Shown in pieces: positions 55,085 to 61,992 of a stretch of DNA of 61,992 nt. Position numbers and translations under genes: made by a program. The DNA is from Macrostomum lignano (lineage: Eukaryota). Under the pieces are notes generated by a model. That model was not told where the DNA came from, searched no databases, and was given only the letters and a program-made list of their open reading frames with translations. Location of the stretch: the NCBI GenBank assembly GCA_002269645.1, contig NIVC01004065.1, positions 1 through 61,992 of the forward strand, written 5' to 3'. How positions within the stretch are numbered: position 1 is the stretch's first letter; each line of letters begins with the position of its first letter.

Positions 55085-55335
55085 AATTGACTGCCACAAT
55101 TTGACTGCCACAATTTGACTGCGGACAAAATGACTGCGGACAATTTGACTGCCGAGCAATTTGACTGCTGATAAAATGACTGCAAACAAAATGACTGCGG
55201 ACAAAATGACTGCCAACAATTTGACTGCGGACAAAATGACTGCTGACAAAATGACTGCCAACAATTTGACTGCTGACAAAATGACTGCCAACAAAATGAC
55301 TGCGGAAATTTGACTGCCAACAATATGACTGCGGC
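55085..55335. repeat. 15-bp minisatellite
   Basis: Units ATTTGACTGCGGACA / AAATGACTGCTGACA. Confidence 0.93.
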
Positions 55336-57768
55336 ATTTTGAAATCAATTTGAAAACAAAAGCAAACAAAGAAGCTGAAGAGAAACAAAAGACCAGATAA
55401 GCTCTTGAAAAAAGCAGAAGCTAATCTGAAGCAGAAGCAGAACAGCTGCAGGCTGCAGGCTAAGGGCTGACTTTGTCAAAAAGTCATCAGCCAAGGGCAA
55501 TGGCAATGCTGTGTGACCAACTTTGTAGACCCCTTGATTTGGTGTAACTCTACTCTCTACTCCTTGTTCTATTTATAGACACAACTTTTGAATGAATGAA
55601 CATTTTTACCCCATTTAAAAAGTTACCATTGGATTTTTTTATACTTATGATGCAAGTTGCATCAAATTTGAATATCACAGTCAGCCACTATACCGGTTTT
55701 CCTGCTATTTCTGGGACAACTCTCATATTAGGAAACTTACATATTTTAATGAAATTCATAGCTGGCTAACCTTGGCTTATATATAGTTTATCTTATCTTA
55801 AAGTAAAATTCAAATAAATACAAATCATTTATAAAATCAAACTTTATTCATTTATTTATAATATAAGCTTTTTATTAAATCTAGATCATTAGTTGCTAAT
55901 ATGGCAATTAGGCTATCCTGCAGAATCATTTATTAAATTCACTGTATGCACATTTTTTTAGCTGTTGACATGAAACTTTCCAAAAATGAATATTATCATT
56001 ATGCCAACATTTTAAAAGTGTCCATATTTGTTAGTTCAAGGGCTGGACAAACCTCTTGAAGTGGCACAATCTATGTTGGGGCAGAAGGTAGTCCACCAGC
56101 CATTTTTAAGTGGAAAGCACTTTATTGCAGTATTTGCAGCTTAGTACAGTGAATTTAACGAATGATTCTGCAGGATAGCCAGCAATTACTATTAGGGAGT
56201 CCAGTGAGAAAAATTTTTTTTGAAATCCATTTTTTTAACCATGCCATATTGTAGCCCTGGATGTTATGAGTGAAATGACACTAGACTTTTAAAAATTGAT
56301 CAAGTAATAAAAAAGTTATGAAGTTTTTTGTTAAAAAATGGTGTTTTTTCCTATCTCAATCAAATACACTAAAAACTATGCCATTTTTGGACAAAAAAGC
56401 ATGTTTTTTGCAGTAAAATGTCTATAACTTTTTTATTTCATAATAGATTTTAGTGTTTGAGGTGTTATTTTATAGATTTTTGTTACCACAATATTTTCTG
56501 ATTTTTTTTGTACATTATACTATTCTATATCTCTAGATATCTGGGGATTAAGACAAAAAAGATAAAGCAAAAAATTTGCAGGAGTACCATTCTTTGGCTT
56601 TGTCATGGTATACTTTCCATTTACCTTATATTTATTACTTTCATATCAAAGTAATACTTGTATACTATAATTAGTAAGATCCTTGACTTCCTACTATAAG
56701 TAGTATGCAAATGATTGACCATTATTTTCATGAAAATGGGTCTTCTAAAGTACCACTCTAGATGTCAATGGTGTCTAAAATCTATGTAGCTCATGTTAAT
56801 CTTAACCTATTGAAAACGATAATGTGACAAGAGTTGCTAAAAAGTTGTTGCAAACAACTCTTTAAGTCTCTTGGCAAAAAAGTTGTCCAAGAATTGTTGT
56901 GCTGATGCTTAACTTTCTACTAACTCAGTAGGCTAGTTAAAGTGCAATTACCAGTAGAGTTTAATAGGCTAAAATTGTGTTTATTATGGTCTAAGAAACC
57001 CCTGTACTCACTTTTGCAGCTTTTATACAATGACAGGGTTTGTCCCAACTGTCACTAGTAGAAGGCCGACACCAGACATTCTATTAACTGGACTACGGTT
57101 TGTTTGGTGCAGGGAAGCGTGTTGCGGAGAAGACTTGTGACTTGCTTCATAAATACATTGTCATTCTGTTAGCAATTATTGTAGGTGTCTGATCCGTTGT
57201 TATTTTCCATTGTGCATTTTAAAATGTAATTGTAGACAGTAGGTAAATATGTATATTATAGGAAAGTGAAAAGTGTAGTAAGGTTTGAATTAAGTATGAT
57301 GTATAAGACATAGCGTATACCTCAACTCCAGCTTCTGAATGCCTGCACTGTTTGCTCCTGTACATAAAAGACTTTTTATTTCAAGAGAAATAAACTGCTA
57401 ACTCAGAAATGAGCTGTTTGCTTCAATATGTTTTATACCTACAGTTAGCCAGTTTGGCAACTGCTAGTACTTGAGGTGCTTTTTAATCCTGATTGGTTTT
57501 ACTTTTTTATTCTATTGTATTTATTCAATATTCTATTCTATTCTATTCTTCATTTTTATCCCATGAAGGTTTCATTGCATGTACACATGTGATTCCAGCT
57601 GCTTGATTCATCTGCACCAGTTTAATTAGGGAGGTGAAAGAAGTTTCTCAGCTAGATTGCAAAGAGTTGATAAATAATGGTTGGGTACCGCCTCAGTGGT
57701 GAGAGATATATGTAATCAAGACAGCAATACTACTGCACAGCTGCTTTTTGCAGCTATATAGGTACCCT

Positions 57769-58269
57769 ATGGATCGACATAATGAGCAGGAGGAAGAGGA
57801 CATGATGGAAGATGAGGCACCCGAGGTTCTGATACCTTATCTGGAGGACCTGCAGGAGGAGTTTGGGGAGAAACAGCGGCTAGTAATTGAGTAGCTGCAG
57901 GTGAACCTGCATCAGCAGCAGCAGTTACTGCAGCCACTTAATGTACACAACCCCAGCATGCAGCAGCAGCAAGAGAGGCTTGCTGCATTAGACTGGCTGC
58001 TTGGAGAGCAACAGTGGCTGTTGGAGCAATAGCAACAACTACTAGAGTACTAGCAGATGGGCGTGCAGAGGCAGCAAGAGGTGCTGGAGCTACAAAGGCA
58101 GCAACAAGCTGCAGCAGAAGAAGAGGATTGAGAGGAAGAAGATGATGATGATGAACTAGGTGAAGATTTTTTTAGACTGCCCCTGCTCCTGCATTGTCGC
58201 AATCTTCCACTGTCTCTACCCCCCTCCCCACCCCCTCCTGCACTAGTGTGCATGCCACAGCAGGGTTAA
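57769..58269 (+). pseudogene. Decayed acidic/Gln-rich ORF
   Basis: One frame MDRHNEQEEEDMMED...QQG* is interrupted by stops at 57892, 58030, 58051 and 58129. Confidence 0.55.
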
Positions 58270-59352
58270 CTCAATTACTTGTACATTTAAAACACAATTT
58301 ATATGTTTGCCTCTAGTTTTTTTGGTTAAATAACATTCTACTGCATGTACATGTAATAGTGTGCATATGTAGATGCAAGTTCTGTTTGGGTTGTTCCCAG
58401 CTATAGTATCCATTGAGGTCCTGGTGAGGTTGGTATGGTGTATGTCGTGTAGCTGTATGTAGCAATATTGATTCTATTGTAAGTGTTTGTCACCTGCATA
58501 TTTGACTTACAGCCTGGAAAATTAAAATGAGTGGTGCTATAAATTGGTCCACTCTGTTGGACAATGTCCTAACAGTCTCAGCTTTAACCAGCAGGATTCC
58601 TGGTTACTATGAGGACGAGGTGAACAACCTGGTCCTTACCCTTGCCCAGCCTTTTTCAAACAATGAAGAGCCACCTCTGAATCCCATTAACTGGTCTGCC
58701 TTGCTAGACAGCGTACTTCAAATATCATGTGCTCTACATGAGGAATAACTGCTACCTCCATTCCAGTGTAATATATATATGTGCCGCCAGTGGATGCCAG
58801 GGTGATATGGAAGTGTTTGTACCAAAGGACCACTAGAATTATGTAGATTTAACAGGAATTAAAGCCTTAACAACGTATGAGTACACACATACATGTAAAT
58901 GTAAAAGCCTTCAAAAATGTGCAACAATTACATGTTACTTGATCTAAGTAAGTTCTAGTGGTCCTTGGTTCCCACTTAAAGATTGCAAGTAATATACAGC
59001 GTGTATGCACATTTCTGGACTGCATGTAGATTTTTGAATTCTCATGTATTGTCATCTTAATTATTTCTATACCCATTTGAGTCAATATAGCTAGTAGTTG
59101 TTGTACAAACACTGGCAGTTTAGAGTAGGAGTCTATCTATTTATCACAAAATACTTATCCAAAAATGTCTGTAGCGCTATTATGGTTGACAGGGAGGGAT
59201 TCACGCTTTACTACATGTAAGTAGTATGTTACTATATCATGGAATTTCATGTTTGAAAAGGCCCCAATTCAGCAATAGACTCTACCTTTACAGTTTACCT
59301 GTATCATTTGATTCATTGAAATTGTTCACTGTAACCACTCTTCAATGCAATA

Positions 59353-61992
59353 GTGCAATACAAATTCAGTGCAATGACTGAGCCAGTTACATGTACAAAC
59401 AGTCTGATGCTTGCCACCCTAGAGGCATCCATCAAGGCTAAGTTACCTAGCTCAGAGGTGTGGAAAGCCTTGGCAGACTGTCTTAGTCTGCCTGCTGACA
59501 TAGAAGCAGATGTGCTAAATAACTTGTTTCGAGCAGCAACAAAAGTGAAGGCAAAGATGTGGGATCTAGAGAGGTTGAAGGTGCACGAGGAAGCTGCCGG
59601 CTAGCAGAGTGCCTAGGCCATCTACATGGACAAAGCATTCACCTTTCCTGCAGTGGTACCAGTCTCAGCTGCAAATGTGTCACAGCTGACTCCGAGCATG
59701 CCAACCCAAACTTCTTCTGCTACTGCTGCTACCCAGTCCCCTGAAGAGGAGCAGGGCACTGATGTAGGCCTTCGAGAAGCTGTACGCAATCTTCAGGCCC
59801 AGCTGGAATGGTCAGAGGCAACTGTACGAAAGCTGCACAATGAGCTGGCTAAGCATCCACAGCAGAAGGTGGTTGCAGCGTGTCCGGCATCTGAAAGATC
59901 AGCTGCACCTAGTTTGATGGCAATTGAGCAGCAAAAGCCGGCAACTGGTAGAGATGAGTGAGGCCAAGCTAGCCAAGAAATGTTGCCAGGCTACTCGAGT
60001 GGAAGCTGCTGCTGAGCGCAGAAATGTCTTGGTGCATGCCGAGCTGCGCGAGATGCACAAATGCTGGCTACTTTGAACAGTCGCGTAAGTTGCATGAGTA
60101 ACAGATTATTGTTCACTTGTCACTATGGTGCATTGCATATGGTGCAATGGAGGAGTATCAGATTGGGAATGAATGACCGAGATTGGGAAGCATTGTTCTT
60201 CAAACGTACAGTACTCTAAACACCAAACAGATCCAACAGCTCCAGGCCTCATTCCAAGTGGTCCAGATGCGTGTACTGCAGACAGGCGAGCCAAGAGCTG
60301 CTGGTGGAAAGCAGTATACCAACCGCGTCATCGCCACCTGCACGAATCTGGTGCTGAAGTGCCATGTCCCACAGGTCTATTTGCAGTCGCGCGGCACAAA
60401 GCCCTTTGAAATGGAGGACTTCAGAGGCAACTGTGTGTATGTCCTCTTTCCCAATGGCGGCCACCTGTTTTCCCAGCAAGAGCTGCTCACAGCCTTCCTG
60501 GACGAGTACCCGTGCAGCAATTGCCTCCTTGTAGCCATGAAGAATGACTTGGCGTCCAACATCCTCCTTACTGGCTATCGCGCGTTGGGTGTCCTTGACT
60601 TCCTGGTCATCCAGCCCCTGTGGTTGCTTCTCCGAAGCCCTAGGTCAAAAGTCAGCCTCATAGACATGAACAGCCACTATGAGCAATTGTATGAGTAGCT
60701 CAAGGAGGTGGTCTCCATGGATACTATCTGCTTCCCAGAGGACCTCAGCGGGCCATTCCTTGACCTCGCCAATGCCGTGCTGGAGCCATAGGATGCCAAG
60801 GCCATGTGGGCAACCCTCAGCTCCAATGCCTGGGAGCTGGACAATGACCTTCTTGGCCAGGCTCTGCAGGTGAGGCAACAACAAGAACAGTACTACCCAC
60901 TGCATGTCACTGACTGAAAGAGAAAATTGTGACCTACTAACACCCATCCTCCCCACCATTTGCACAGGTTGTTGCGGCACACTTGTTGGTCCTCCTCCAC
61001 CGTGAGGTGGTTGATCACCTGCCAGGTGGTGCACTGCACAATCTGCCAGATGACAATTCCCATTTGGTTGCCACTGCTCCAAGGACAATGTTGCATGTGA
61101 GGTGTCTTTTGCAGTACTGGACAGCACTGTAAGGTCGAAGCTCAACATGCGGCCCCTGGCTCGTGAGACGTTCATGCTCTTTAAACAGAATGAGACGAGC
61201 AAGTGGCTTCGCCAGAAGTCACTGGAAGAGCAGGATGCAATGCTGTCGCAAGCATGGCACATTGCAAAGGTGAAGATGCAGGCCAAGGCAGATGCTAGGG
61301 CTGTTTGATCTGCACAGCTGCACAGCAGCTTGAATCACCCAGGATCAGCGCAGAAAGATTGCCAGGGAGAGTTTGCTCTGCGACCTGATCAATGCGGTGC
61401 AGGACTATGGTGGCCTGTGGCTCACATTTGCCAAGATGCAGAACAGGGCTTCAGGACCTGCCTGAGCAGCTGCATGAGCCAGCTGTGCTCTCCCAACTGC
61501 GATTGCACAAAGCAATGAGTAATATATATATATACTGCCTGTGCTCATGCATATCCCAATCTTAGGATTAATTGTCATCACTGAATGCGCATTCCCTACT
61601 AATACCCTCCCTAACAGAGCCAACGATCCCCATGACATGGCAGGCTGCCTGAACCTCACCGATTCTGGCGCAAAAAGTCAGTGCAGCTTCTCACTGACAA
61701 CCTGCAAGAATTCCTGGCCCATCTGCAGAGAGAAAAGGTAGCTGCCACAGCCAAGGAGGATGAGCGCAGGCTGTATCAGTGCAATCTGCCAACGAGTGTG
61801 CTGACTGTGTTAAGGCAGCAATTGCAAAGAAGCTGGAGTCTGTGCAAACAGCCTCATCTGTAGCTGCCGGATCGCGTGAGTGTGGGACAAGGCGTGGTTA
61901 TGGCCGAGGTAGAGGCAGAGGCAGCCAGGCAATGGAGCTCAGGCTCAGGGCACCAGTGAAGGCGACATGGAGAATGACAGGGATGTGGGCGT
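59353..61992 (+). mobile_element. Decayed, intron-containing DNA-transposase-like gene (superfamily unassigned)
   Basis: Colinear motifs FRGNCVYVLF, RALGVLDFLVIQPLW, DHLPGG (61013), DNVACEVSFAVLD, FKQNETSKWL, YGGLW and LTDNLQEFL resemble, from recall, an RNase H-like transposase family of aquatic invertebrates (FxGNRFN / DHLxGG / SERDF). In-frame stops, frameshifts and a GT-AG intron at 60870-60967. Confidence 0.65.

Noticed and set aside
56190-56500. Possible left terminus of the downstream DNA transposon
   Set aside because: No partner TIR in the window; cannot be tested.
59290-59320. Minus-strand ATG...CAG|GTAAAC as VPS4 exon 1
   Set aside because: About 6 kb away, inside the decayed element, and the peptide does not resemble VPS4 N-termini.

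Overview
Eukaryotic (animal) genomic DNA, not prokaryotic. GC-rich exons with poly-Q/A/G tracts are separated by introns filled with mini- and microsatellites; this style suggests a Macrostomum-like free-living flatworm (inference only). Genes reconstructed by hand from GT-AG splicing: the 3' part of a FAT1/2/3-type cadherin (+), protein phosphatase inhibitor-2 (-), a 121-aa four-TM protein (+), a secreted antistasin-like Cys-rich protein (+), a MAST kinase with probable alternative first exons (+), an intronless MICU2/3 gene nested antisense in a MAST intron (-), a class A GPCR (+) and VPS4 (-). Mobile DNA: an internally deleted Gypsy LTR element, two copies of a palindromic MITE, a hAT-like MITE, a tRNA-derived SINE, and a decayed intron-containing transposase-like locus at the right end. 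About two dozen unrelated tandem arrays are present, one with three-tier higher-order structure. Best leads: the miniature tetraspan, the secreted Cys-rich protein, the spliced transposase locus with an apparent CAG>TAG/CTG>CTA decay bias, AP-1/ARE motif arrays next to splice sites, and the nested MICU gene. Several -1 frameshifts in G/C runs look like long-read assembly errors. No clearly new multi-gene system could be established from the sequence alone.
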